Assembly (NCBI GenBank): GCA_964504715.1 | Contig: CAZDEP010000007.1 | Location: forward strand, 6,951-70,950 | DNA from: an uncultured Candidatus Saccharibacteria bacterium | GTDB taxonomy: Bacteria > Patescibacteriota > Doudnabacteria > UBA920 | Length of the DNA stretch: 64,000 nt | Direction: 5' to 3' | Part shown: piece by piece, positions 26,510 through 34,819 of the stretch | Layout of the letters: every line of letters begins with the position of its first letter | How positions within the stretch are numbered: the first letter of the stretch is position 1 | Notes under the pieces: model-generated | Seen by the model: only the letters and a program-made list of their open reading frames with translations | The model's database searches: none | Told to the model about the DNA's origin: nothing | Position numbers and translations under genes: made by a program

Positions 26510-27073
26510 ATGTCTTCAAAAGGTTCATATACTTTAAGTCTCTCAGGTAATAAAATAACCATAAAAAATCAGGAAGTTACGGAAGAAGTAGCTTTAAAGA
26601 TTGTTACTTTGCTTATGGGAGGGTCCGTAGCGACACATCCTCCGCTAGGAACACATCATGGTGAACAACAGGTTAATAATGGAGTCAATTCAAGCGGTGC
26701 CAATGGTGGTACACCTACACCAAAAGTATTTATGGCGCACAAAAAACCATTATCTGCTGTTGAGCGTATAACTTGTTTAGCATATTATCTTTCAACCTAT
26801 CGCGACACACCGGCGTTTAAAACACGAGATTTAACAAAATTAAACACCGAAGCTGCCCAGTCTGGTTTTTCTAATGCAACAGCGTTCGCTAGGGATGCCG
26901 ATGTGGCTGGGTATCTCACAAAAGCAGGTGGAGGCAGTAAGCAAATTACTACTTTAGGTGAAGCGATTGTAAACGCTCTTCCTGACAGAGAGAAGGTTAA
27001 GACTGCGATTGAAGAACATGCTTCGGGCCGAAAGCGTCATACAAAAAAGAAAGGTAACGGAAAAAAGAAGTAA
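26510..27073 (+). CDS. Hypothetical protein with a Lys-rich C-terminal tail; first gene of a two-gene module
   Basis: A 187-aa AT-rich gene with a possible HTH-like central segment, ending KRHTKKKGNGKKK. A -10 sits at about 26472. Confidence 0.45.
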   Translation: MSSKGSYTLSLSGNKITIKNQEVTEEVALKIVTLLMGGSVATHPPLGTHHGEQQVNNGVNSSGANGGTPTPKVFMAHKKPLSAVERITCLAYYLSTYRDTPAFKTRDLTKLNTEAAQSGFSNATAFARDADVAGYLTKAGGGSKQITTLGEAIVNALPDREKVKTAIEEHASGRKRHTKKKGNGKKK

Positions 27074-27075
27074 TA

Positions 27076-27858
27076 ATGATCGACTCTGCAAAAATACTTA
27101 TTACGATACCAAAAGGATTAAGGGACCCATTACTAAGTAGCTACCAAGATATAGTATCAAACTATATCGAACACCGTTGGGAACCATCTGAGTTGAACGG
27201 CGGAAAATTTTCCGAGGTAGTATTTACTATAATTGATGGTGCTTTAAAGGGCTCATTTTCGTCCAAGCCTCATAAACCTGCAAATATGCTTAAAGCATGT
27301 CAGGGTTTAGAGATGCTGCCAGCTAATCCTCATCGTGTGGGAGATAGAAGTTTACGCATTCTCCTTCCACGGATGCTCCCAGTACTTTATGAAATTAGAA
27401 ACAACAGAGGGGTAGGTCATGTAGGAGGGGATGTTGATCCAAATCTTTTGGATGCCACAGCTGTACATAGTTTGGCAAGTTGGGTTTTGGCGGAACTTAT
27501 ACGCGTGTTTCATAATATTTCAATCAAGGAAGCCCAAGAAGCGGTTAATATACTTATGGAACGTATCCATCCTTTAATTTGGGAAATTGACGACGTGCGA
27601 AGAGTTATGGACCCATCAATGGCAAAGAGTGATCAAGCATTGCTTTTGCTGTACCAAGTACCTGGTTGGGTTTCCGAGGATAATTTATTGGACTGGGTAG
27701 AGTATACTGATATAGGAAAATTTCGTACAAGAATATTACAGCCGCTTCATAAAGAACGTTTTTTAGAATACGATCAAAATAAGCGACGAGTTCACATATC
27801 TCCTCTGGGTACACAAGAGGTTGAGGGGCGAATAATTCAATCTAGACACAAAAACTAA
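27076..27858 (+). CDS. Hypothetical protein with an R-x6-H (HEPN-like) motif; second gene of the module
   Basis: A 260-aa ORF starting 3 nt after the upstream stop. EIRNNRGVGHVGGD fits the HEPN Rx4-6H pattern. Everything else is unassigned. Confidence 0.45.
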   Translation: MIDSAKILITIPKGLRDPLLSSYQDIVSNYIEHRWEPSELNGGKFSEVVFTIIDGALKGSFSSKPHKPANMLKACQGLEMLPANPHRVGDRSLRILLPRMLPVLYEIRNNRGVGHVGGDVDPNLLDATAVHSLASWVLAELIRVFHNISIKEAQEAVNILMERIHPLIWEIDDVRRVMDPSMAKSDQALLLLYQVPGWVSEDNLLDWVEYTDIGKFRTRILQPLHKERFLEYDQNKRRVHISPLGTQEVEGRIIQSRHKN

Positions 27859-27949
27859 TTTTACAGGGAAATAAAAATACGACCATTACATGGTCGTATT
27901 TTTGTCAGTATGCACTATCTACTGACGCATCCGCATAGCTCGATACTGC

Positions 27950-28035
27950 AAACTGATGGTAGCGCTACCCTCCTACGCTAAAGCTACGGAGGGCAGGCGG
28001 GGAATTCCCTCTCGCACCATCATACCACGGAAAAA
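27950..28035 (-). repeat. tRNA-like fragment (partial duplicate of the tRNA-Glu 3' end)
   Basis: The minus strand reads ..gggaattccccgcc..ggagggtagcgctacca, sharing the tagcgctacca 3' end with the adjacent tRNA-Glu but lacking a full cloverleaf. Confidence 0.3.
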
Positions 28036-28062
28036 CCCCGAGACAAGCTCGGGGGCTTTTCG

Positions 28063-28137
28063 TGGTAGCGCTACGGGGAATCGAACCCCGATTTGGTGGA
28101 TGAGAACCACCTGTCCTAACCATTAGACGATAGCGCC
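28063..28137 (-). tRNA. tRNA-Glu (anticodon CTC)
   Basis: Minus strand ggcgctatcgtctaatggttaggacaggtggttCTCatccaccaaatcggggttcgattccccgtagcgctacca; a terminator hairpin lies just downstream on the minus strand. Confidence 0.75.
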
Positions 28138-28149
28138 AAAATATATTAT

Positions 28150-28245
28150 TTTTCTAACTCCGGCATATCCGACCCACGCTTTTGCGTGGCATTAGACGCC
28201 TGCCCGCCTTTGGCGGGATAGCGCCTTAGACTTTTGATATTTTAG
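28150..28245 (-). repeat. tRNA-derived fragment with an inserted hairpin
   Basis: The minus strand begins ggcgctatc (identical to the tRNA-Glu 5' end), then the hairpin cccgccaaaggcggg, then cgtctaatg (the tRNA-Glu D-arm). It is not a foldable tRNA. Confidence 0.3.
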
Positions 28246-28297
28246 CAAAAACTTCTTCTTAATTCAACTTTGCGTGGCCTTGCCATTCGTCCAAAAT

Positions 28298-28327
28298 CAA
28301 TCTCATAATCTCAAGATTGTTGGATTG
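28298..28327 (+). promoter_or_regulatory. Operator-like 30-bp element overlapping the arsR-type gene promoter (copy 1)
   Basis: caatctcataatctcaagattgttggattg with internal inverted arms, immediately upstream of the TGGTATAAT -10 at 28329-28337. Confidence 0.5.
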
Positions 28328-28369
28328 TGGTATAATGGGTGTATGGGGAAAATCAAGACATCAAAACAA

Positions 28370-28627
28370 ATGGAAAGACATTTGAAGGGTATGGCTAACC
28401 ACCATCGCATTGAACTTTTGTTTTATATTGCCAAAAACGACAAGGCCACGCTGGATGATATGGTCCAGGCACTTAAAGCAAATCAGAAGACTTTAAGCGA
28501 ACATACGAGGCGACTTTACGTGGCCGGACTTGTAAACAAGAAGTATCGGGGGAAATTTGTCGAACATTCCCTTTCGCCTTACGGCCAAAGCTTTGTAAAA
28601 TTTTTGGAATCCTTCCGCGGCCTATAA
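28370..28627 (+). CDS. ArsR/SmtB-family HTH transcriptional regulator
   Basis: HRIELLFYIAKNDKATLDDMVQALKANQKTLSEHTRRLYVAGLV. Start placed at ATG 28370 because the promoter -10 lies inside the longer ORF-track model (28274). Confidence 0.7.
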   Translation: MERHLKGMANHHRIELLFYIAKNDKATLDDMVQALKANQKTLSEHTRRLYVAGLVNKKYRGKFVEHSLSPYGQSFVKFLESFRGL

Positions 28628-28630
28628 TTT

Positions 28631-28660
28631 CAATCTCATAATCTCAAGATTGTTGGATTG
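28631..28660 (+). promoter_or_regulatory. Second copy of the 30-bp operator-like element, between the arsR-type gene and the downstream membrane-protein gene
   Basis: An exact repeat of caatctcataatctcaagattgttggattg. Confidence 0.5.
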
Positions 28661-28705
28661 ATGTTAGGGCTTGGAGTGGTTTATTAATAAAAATATTGTT
28701 GCCAA

Positions 28706-29212
28706 ATGGAAATTTTTAGATTTTTTATTGCCAATGTTATTTTAATTGCCCTGTCCGTGGCTTTTTTTGAAATTATTACCGAAAAAGACAAGGGCTGGGG
28801 CGCCGGACATCCAAAAGACAAATGGTACGGGAAAATACTTTGGCAGAATAGCCCGATTGCCCAAACCGTGGTTAAAGCTTTGGGGGTTCCGTATATTTTT
28901 GGTTACGGTTTTGCAATGTACGGCGTTATAATCCCCTTAACCCTTATTGCTGAGTACCTATTTTTAAACCAAAATGTTTTTTTGCTGCTGGCGATATTTG
29001 TCACGGTTTGCTTTGTGGAAGATTTCCTGTGGTTTGTTTTTAATTGGTACTTTGATTCCTTAAAGCAGCTTTTTAAGGGCCCATATGGCAGCATTTGGTG
29101 GCATAAAAAATGGGTAAAGATTTTCAAAGACACTTATTTGCCGCAATCCTATTTTTCGGGCCTGTCTTTAACTTTGGTGTTTTTGTTGTTGGCGTATTAT
29201 TTTCAAGGATAG
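28706..29212 (+). CDS. Polytopic membrane protein (hypothetical), probably controlled by the ArsR-type regulator
   Basis: A 168-aa ORF with 4 predicted TM helices. Confidence 0.5.
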   Translation: MEIFRFFIANVILIALSVAFFEIITEKDKGWGAGHPKDKWYGKILWQNSPIAQTVVKALGVPYIFGYGFAMYGVIIPLTLIAEYLFLNQNVFLLLAIFVTVCFVEDFLWFVFNWYFDSLKQLFKGPYGSIWWHKKWVKIFKDTYLPQSYFSGLSLTLVFLLLAYYFQG

Positions 29213-29347
29213 CAAGAATTTTTTTAACGGAAGCTGCTAAATCAGTTAACTACAATACTTGCAGGAAGCGGAATTTTGTTTTATTTAAAAATTTGTGTCA
29301 TAATAACTTCACCGATCACGAAGCAGGGTCGTGAATCAGCGATATAA

Positions 29348-30556
29348 ATGATACAAAAACTAAAATTTCCCCAAGGCTTTCTTTGGGGCGCGGCTACGGC
29401 TGCGCACCAGGTTGAAGGTAACAATATAAACAGCGACTGGTGGGCGTGGGAAAACAGCATAAACAGGGTAGAAGGGCTAAGGGCTAAGGGGCTAGATCCT
29501 GATGATTTCAAAAGCGGAATTGCCTGCGATTCGTATAATCGATACGAAGAAGATTTCAGTCTTGCCCAACAGTTGGGCCACAATTCCACCCGCCTGTCGG
29601 TAGAGTGGGCGCGCATAGAGCCCAAAGAGGGCGTGTTTGACGAAAAGGCTTTGGAACATTACGAAAAAGTCCTGCAGTCGGCAAAATATCACGGCCTTAA
29701 AACCTTTGTTACTTTGCATCACTTTACCAACCCGCAATGGTTTTTTAAAAAAGGGGAATTTGCGAAAAAAGAAAACCTATATTATTTTTTGCGGTATGTA
29801 AAAGTCGTCACTAAGCGCCTTAACGATTATGCCGATTTTTGGCTGACCATTAACGAACCGGAGTTGTATTCCACCGCCACCTATTCCAAAAGCGTGCCTC
29901 AGCGCTATGGCTTGTGGCAAAGGTTTAAAGTCGCCAAAAATTTAATTGAGGCCCATAACCAGGCCGCAAGTTATATCCGCCTGCATTTAAAAAAACCCGT
30001 GAGTATGGCTTACCATTTGTCCGACCTCCAGCCTTTGGGAATTTTGGGCGGGATGGTTTCGGGGCTCGCACATCGGTTGGCCAACGAATATATTTTAAGC
30101 CGGACAATCGGCACCTGTGATTTTATTGGCGTCAACTATTATTTCCACCATCATATTGGAATTTTTGGTTTTAAAAAGCAAAGCCGCAGTAGCCATGATT
30201 TGACCGATATGGGTTTTGGCATACATCCCGAAGGCTTGGAGCGGGTACTTATGAGCCTTAAAAAATATCACAAGCCCATTTACATAACCGAAAACGGTTT
30301 GGCGGACGCAAGGGACCAAAAGCGTGAAAAGTTTATAAAAGATACTTTGTATTACGCCCACAAGGCTATGGCCGCGGGCGCCGATTTGCGGGGCTATTTG
30401 CATTGGTCGCTCATGGACAATTTTGAATGGGCTTATGGCTTTGGCCCGCGTTTTGGGCTGGTTGAAATAGACCGCGAAGATTTGCTCAGAAGAAGGGTTC
30501 GCTATAGCGCCATAAAGTACGCGGAAATTTGCGCCACTAACGAGTTAAGGCATTAG
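29348..30556 (+). CDS. Glycoside hydrolase family 1 beta-glucosidase
   Basis: LTINEP (acid/base Glu) and ITENG (nucleophile Glu), plus HHFTNP, WSLMDNFEW and an N-terminal QVEG motif. Confidence 0.9.
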   Translation: MIQKLKFPQGFLWGAATAAHQVEGNNINSDWWAWENSINRVEGLRAKGLDPDDFKSGIACDSYNRYEEDFSLAQQLGHNSTRLSVEWARIEPKEGVFDEKALEHYEKVLQSAKYHGLKTFVTLHHFTNPQWFFKKGEFAKKENLYYFLRYVKVVTKRLNDYADFWLTINEPELYSTATYSKSVPQRYGLWQRFKVAKNLIEAHNQAASYIRLHLKKPVSMAYHLSDLQPLGILGGMVSGLAHRLANEYILSRTIGTCDFIGVNYYFHHHIGIFGFKKQSRSSHDLTDMGFGIHPEGLERVLMSLKKYHKPIYITENGLADARDQKREKFIKDTLYYAHKAMAAGADLRGYLHWSLMDNFEWAYGFGPRFGLVEIDREDLLRRRVRYSAIKYAEICATNELRH

Positions 30557-30573
30557 CTGCAAATTTATATCGT

Positions 30574-31458
30574 ATGCTGATTTTTTGGTCCATTCTGCTC
30601 TACTTTAGTTTTGCGGTGGTGGACGTGATGGATAAGTTCCTGCTTACCAAGCGGAAGGTCCACGCGCTGTCTTACGCGTTTTTTACTGTCGTAACCGGCG
30701 CGGCCCTGCTGGTGGCGTGGCCCTGGGTTTACGAGGCGCTGCCGGCAAAATTTATAGGCTTAAACCTGTTGTCGGGAGCTTATTTCGCTCTGACTATGTA
30801 TGTGTTTTTTAAGGCGCTGTCTTACGGCGAGGCTTCGCGCGTGGTGCCTTTTGTTTTTGCTTTGGTACCCGTGTTCGACATCTTTTTTTCCTGGATATTT
30901 AAAAATAATGCCTTAACGCCCAAGGAGTTTGCAGCTTTGTGGCTGCTGGTGCCGGGCGCGCTGCTTTTGGCCTTGCGTCCTGACAAAAGCAGCCTAAAAC
31001 ATTTGGGGCTAAAGACGCTTGCGGCTTTTATGTTCAGCAGCTACAACTATTTGTGGCAGTTCGGCGCGCAGACCGGCGGCAGTCTCAACAATTTAATGTG
31101 GAATCGCATAGGCGCGGCCGGAATTTTTATTTTGCTGCTCGTACTGCCGAATTTAAGGAGAAAAATTTTCAGCGTGCGGACGGTCAAACAAAAAAGCCGC
31201 ACCTCTTTTGTGTTTTTGTTCAAGCAGGCTCTTGGCGGACTTAATTTTGTGCTTTTAAGCCATTTGCTGACCATAGGCAAGGTTTCGGTAATTGACGCCC
31301 TGGCCGTGTTCCGTTACGGGTTCTTGTTTTTATTTGCCCTCCTGCTTTCTAAATTCCATAGCCATATTTTAAGCGAAGAAACAGATAAAAAGGTGGTGTT
31401 GCAGAAACTGGGCGGTTTGGGTTTGATATTTTTAGGTACAGTGGTATTCTTTTTATAG
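30574..31458 (+). CDS. Polytopic membrane permease (DMT/EamA-like)
   Basis: A 294-aa ORF with about 10 TM helices, located inside the sugar cluster. Confidence 0.45.
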   Translation: MLIFWSILLYFSFAVVDVMDKFLLTKRKVHALSYAFFTVVTGAALLVAWPWVYEALPAKFIGLNLLSGAYFALTMYVFFKALSYGEASRVVPFVFALVPVFDIFFSWIFKNNALTPKEFAALWLLVPGALLLALRPDKSSLKHLGLKTLAAFMFSSYNYLWQFGAQTGGSLNNLMWNRIGAAGIFILLLVLPNLRRKIFSVRTVKQKSRTSFVFLFKQALGGLNFVLLSHLLTIGKVSVIDALAVFRYGFLFLFALLLSKFHSHILSEETDKKVVLQKLGGLGLIFLGTVVFFL

Positions 31459-31482
31459 ATGCCGCATTAAGCAGACTAAAAT

Positions 31483-32484
31483 ATGAATATACAAATTTTT
31501 AAAAAATATAAACTCCTTATTGGCCTGTTGGTTTTTGTCGGCCTGTTGGTGTTTTTAAGTTATTCTGCGGGGCCCAAGGCAAAAGAAATAAAATACGGGG
31601 TGACTTTCAGCCCTTACCAGGCCCAAAGCCTTGGGCTGGACTGGAAGGAAACTTATTTGGCAATGGTAGGGGATTTGGGAGTTAAACATTTGCGCTTGAG
31701 CGCTTACTGGAATAAAATAGAATCCAAAAAAGGGGAATATAATTTTAGCGATTTGGATTTTCAAATGAGGGAGGCTGAAAAAGCCAACGCGAAAGTGGTG
31801 TTGGCTTTAGGCAGGCGGCTTCCGCGCTGGCCGGAATGTCACGATCCCGAATGGCTAAAAAACGGGGAGGCAGGCGAGTGGCAAAATTCGCTTTTAGCTT
31901 ACATGGAAGCCGTGGTCCTACGTTACCAAAACAGTTCGGCCCTGGAAATTTGGCAGGTGGAAAATGAGCCTTTCCTTTCTTCCTTTGGAGAATGCCCCCC
32001 TTTGGACCAAAATTTTTTTGACAAAGAAATAGCCCTGGTAAAAAGGCTTGACCCCGGGCGCCGGGTAATGGTGACGGATACGGGCGAGCTTTCGCCGTGG
32101 CTGAGTTCCGGCAAAAGAGGGGATATGTTCGGCAGCACGCTGTACCGCTACGTTTTTTCCGACGTGTTTAACCGATATTGGATGAACTACAATCCTTATT
32201 GGCTTTACCGCGTAAAAGGCGGGCTTATGAAGCTTTTAAACGGACCCAAGGAACTTACCATTATAGAGCTCCAGGCGGAACCGTGGACGACCAAGGGCAT
32301 TCTAAATACCCCCATCAACGAGCAATTTAGGACTATGAGTCTTGATAAATTTAATAAAATGGTAAATGTGGGGAAAGCCATAGGCTTTGAAAGGCAGTAT
32401 TTATGGGGTGTGGAATGGTGGTTTTGGATGAAGCAAAACAACCATCCTGAGTTTTGGAACGAAGCCAAAAAATTAATGCAATAA
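31483..32484 (+). CDS. Glycoside hydrolase, GH5-like (endo-beta-glycanase)
   Basis: Signal/anchor sequence, W..ENEP motif (EIWQVENEPFL) and a TIM-barrel-like pattern. Confidence 0.55.
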   Translation: MNIQIFKKYKLLIGLLVFVGLLVFLSYSAGPKAKEIKYGVTFSPYQAQSLGLDWKETYLAMVGDLGVKHLRLSAYWNKIESKKGEYNFSDLDFQMREAEKANAKVVLALGRRLPRWPECHDPEWLKNGEAGEWQNSLLAYMEAVVLRYQNSSALEIWQVENEPFLSSFGECPPLDQNFFDKEIALVKRLDPGRRVMVTDTGELSPWLSSGKRGDMFGSTLYRYVFSDVFNRYWMNYNPYWLYRVKGGLMKLLNGPKELTIIELQAEPWTTKGILNTPINEQFRTMSLDKFNKMVNVGKAIGFERQYLWGVEWWFWMKQNNHPEFWNEAKKLMQ

Positions 32485-32493
32485 TTTAATTTT

Positions 32494-33246
32494 ATGATAA
32501 TCGGAATTGATATTGGCGGAACCAAAATAACCGGAGTGCTGTTTGACGGCAAAAAGGCTGTTCGGGAGCTAACCATAAAAACTCCCGGCAATTTGGCTGA
32601 TTTTAAATACAGCCTAAGAAATTTGGTGAATTTTTTATCCGCCGGTTACTCAATCAAAGCTTTGGGTGTGGGCATGGCCGGCCATATGGATTCAGAAAAA
32701 AATATTGCTGTCTCCTCGCCGAACATTAAATTTGTAAAAAATATAAAGTTCAAACAAATTTTCCCCAAAATTTTCAAGCTCAGGCTTGAGAATGACGCCC
32801 GGTGTTTTGCGCTGGCGGAAGCCAGATTGGGGCAGGGGGAAAAGTACCGGACTTTAGTGGGCGTTACCCTGGGCACAGGAATTGGCGGAGGCCTGGTTTC
32901 CAATGGAAACATTTATCGCGGCGCCCATTTGGGGGCCGGGGAAGTCGGGCATATGCTGTATGGGGACGGTAAAACTTTTGAGTATTATTTTAAGAAGGCC
33001 AGGGATAAAAATAACTACGCGGAAATAGGGAAAATTGTAGGCGGGGTTTTAATTAACCTTTGCCGCGTAGTGGATGCCGAAGCAATAATTTTGGGCGGGT
33101 CCGTGGCGCAAAACGCCGTCGGCAAATTTTTGCCGCAAGCCATGGCCGTTTTATCCGCGAATTTAAAAAGTTTTAAAATGCCCAAAGTGGCGGTTTCCAA
33201 ATTAAAGCACGCGGGCGCCCTTGGCGCAGCCCTGCTTTTTAGTTAA
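32494..33246 (+). CDS. ROK-family sugar kinase (glucokinase-like)
   Basis: IIGIDIGGTKITGVLFDG (ATP-binding N-terminus), LENDARCFALAE and GTGIGGGLV motifs. Confidence 0.8.
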   Translation: MIIGIDIGGTKITGVLFDGKKAVRELTIKTPGNLADFKYSLRNLVNFLSAGYSIKALGVGMAGHMDSEKNIAVSSPNIKFVKNIKFKQIFPKIFKLRLENDARCFALAEARLGQGEKYRTLVGVTLGTGIGGGLVSNGNIYRGAHLGAGEVGHMLYGDGKTFEYYFKKARDKNNYAEIGKIVGGVLINLCRVVDAEAIILGGSVAQNAVGKFLPQAMAVLSANLKSFKMPKVAVSKLKHAGALGAALLFS

Positions 33247-33481
33247 CATAGGACTTCCGCACCGCATAAAATCTATAAAGCTTTTGGCCAATAACTTCGT
33301 TATTTTTCTCCGGTTTTTCTCAGCGTAGGCAGCCTACGCCTCCAAAAATCCTCGAAAAATGCCTTGTTCTTGGCCAAATGCGTAAGCCCTATAACATTCT
33401 CATTTAGTATAATAGTGAGGTAAAGCTTGTTGAATTTTTTACTACTATGATACGTCCGCGTATCACAGGGAAATGGAGTTT

Positions 33482-33604
33482 ATGAAAAAAATATTTATAG
33501 CTTTTGCAGTTTTGGCCTTATTGGCCGTTTCATGTACAAAAACACCTCTCAAAAGAGAGGTGCCCTCGAGCCCAAAAGAATCTTACGAAGAGTTGCCAAA
33601 ATAA
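33482..33604 (+). CDS. Putative small lipoprotein (40 aa)
   Basis: MKKIFIAFAVLALLAVSCTK.. has a lipobox-like LAVSC; a TAGTATAAT -10 lies at about 33405. Below the ORF-track cut-off. Confidence 0.3.
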   Translation: MKKIFIAFAVLALLAVSCTKTPLKREVPSSPKESYEELPK

Positions 33605-33605
33605 T

Positions 33606-34361
33606 TTATTCTTTTTCGTCCTCGTCATCCTCCTCGTCCTCATCTTCGTATTCTTCGTCTTCGGTGCCAGTAGTGGTTTCCTCGTCCGTAATTTGCTTCG
33701 GCTGCGGTTCTTGAGTGTTGCTGTTGGAACTGGCAACAGCTTTTTCGGCATCTTCAGCAGCAGGTTCCACGGCAGGAGCTTCCGGGGCAGGCTGCTCAAT
33801 TGGTGTCTGCCCAGCCGGTTGTTCGGCAACTCCCGGGGTTTGTGGCAACTTAATATGTTCTACCAGTTTTTCAAATTCAGGCAGCTCGCGCACAGAGGTA
33901 AGGCCCAAATGCTGCAGAAATTCCGTGGTGGTTTGGTATAAAAAGCTGCGAGCATCGGCCGGGTTGGAAACTTTTTCAATCAAGCCTCGCATACTCAAGT
34001 GCCTTAAGCTGTATTGGGAATTTACGCCCCTTATGGCCTCTATTTCCGCTTTGGAAATGGGCTGGCGGTAGGCAATAATGCTTAAAACTTCCACCGTGGC
34101 GTCAGTCAGCTTTTCCCTCAGCTCGGCGTTAAGGAAGTTTTTAACATAAGGCGAGTTGGCGGGATTGGTGGCCAGCTGGTATTCCCCGTTGTTGTCCAAA
34201 AGCACAACGCCGCTTTGGGTTTTTTCCTGCATTAGCTCGTTTAAGGCGGGCTGTATTTCCTCTGCCGTTTTTTCCAAAAATTTGCATAATTCTTTGACAG
34301 TAAGCGGCTTGGGAGAGACAAATAATAGGCTTTCGATTATGGATTTGATTGACGATGTCAT
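33606..34361 (-). CDS. scpB: Segregation and condensation protein B with an acidic low-complexity C-terminal tail
   Basis: IIESLLFVSPKPLTV...AEIEAIRGV winged-helix repeats; C-terminal EDEEYEDEDEEDDEDEKE. Confidence 0.85.
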   Translation of the reverse strand: MTSSIKSIIESLLFVSPKPLTVKELCKFLEKTAEEIQPALNELMQEKTQSGVVLLDNNGEYQLATNPANSPYVKNFLNAELREKLTDATVEVLSIIAYRQPISKAEIEAIRGVNSQYSLRHLSMRGLIEKVSNPADARSFLYQTTTEFLQHLGLTSVRELPEFEKLVEHIKLPQTPGVAEQPAGQTPIEQPAPEAPAVEPAAEDAEKAVASSNSNTQEPQPKQITDEETTTGTEDEEYEDEDEEDDEDEKE

Positions 34362-34423
34362 ATATTTTTTTATCCAAGCGCGCCTTGAATTTTAGACCCG
34401 CGTGGATGATGGTAAAAAATTAC

Positions 34424-34593
34424 TCTAGTAACCTCTGAAAAACTCCTTTCGACCTGCAATTTCATAATTTCGGACATCCGTCCAAAAAAATTTTTCCGCT
34501 TATCCTCCGGATAAACATCATAATTTGTTTTGTCCGGCTGTCACGAAATTCTGAAATTTCGTTTACAAAATTAGTTTTTCAGAGGTTACTCTA
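34424..34593. mobile_element. MITE-like repeat element, copy C (170 bp, its own 19-bp TIRs), inserted between scpA and scpB
   Basis: TIR tagtaacctctgaaaaact / agtttttcagaggttacta. The internal core (ccaaaaaaattt..gcttagtctccg..aatttgttttgtccggctgtc..gaaattct) is homologous to copies A and B. Confidence 0.6.
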
Positions 34594-34819
34594 ATCTAAT
34601 TAAAATAAAAATTCCAATAGCAATGAGTGAGAGGCTATAAAGAATTATAGTAGGCTTGCGGCCGAACAGCAATTTTATGCCTTTGTCGGCATTTTGTGGC
34701 TTTATCCAGCCGTTGGCTAAAAGCCAGCCTAAGGTGGAGTTGTAAACCTTGTCTATGGCCAGTGAGCCGTAAACGGTGCCTGCAAGTATGAAGAGTAGGC
34801 CTAAAAGCGTTGAGTTCAT
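34586..34819 (-). CDS. Small two-TM membrane protein, translationally coupled to scpA
   Basis: A 77-aa ORF; ATGA overlap with the scpA stop. Confidence 0.4.
   Translation of the reverse strand: MNSTLLGLLFILAGTVYGSLAIDKVYNSTLGWLLANGWIKPQNADKGIKLLFGRKPTIILYSLSLIAIGIFILIRLE

Noticed and set aside
28274-28369. The longer ORF-track model for the ArsR gene starting at 28274
   Set aside because: It would contain its own promoter -10 and operator. The in-frame ATG at 28370 gives a typical 85-aa ArsR.
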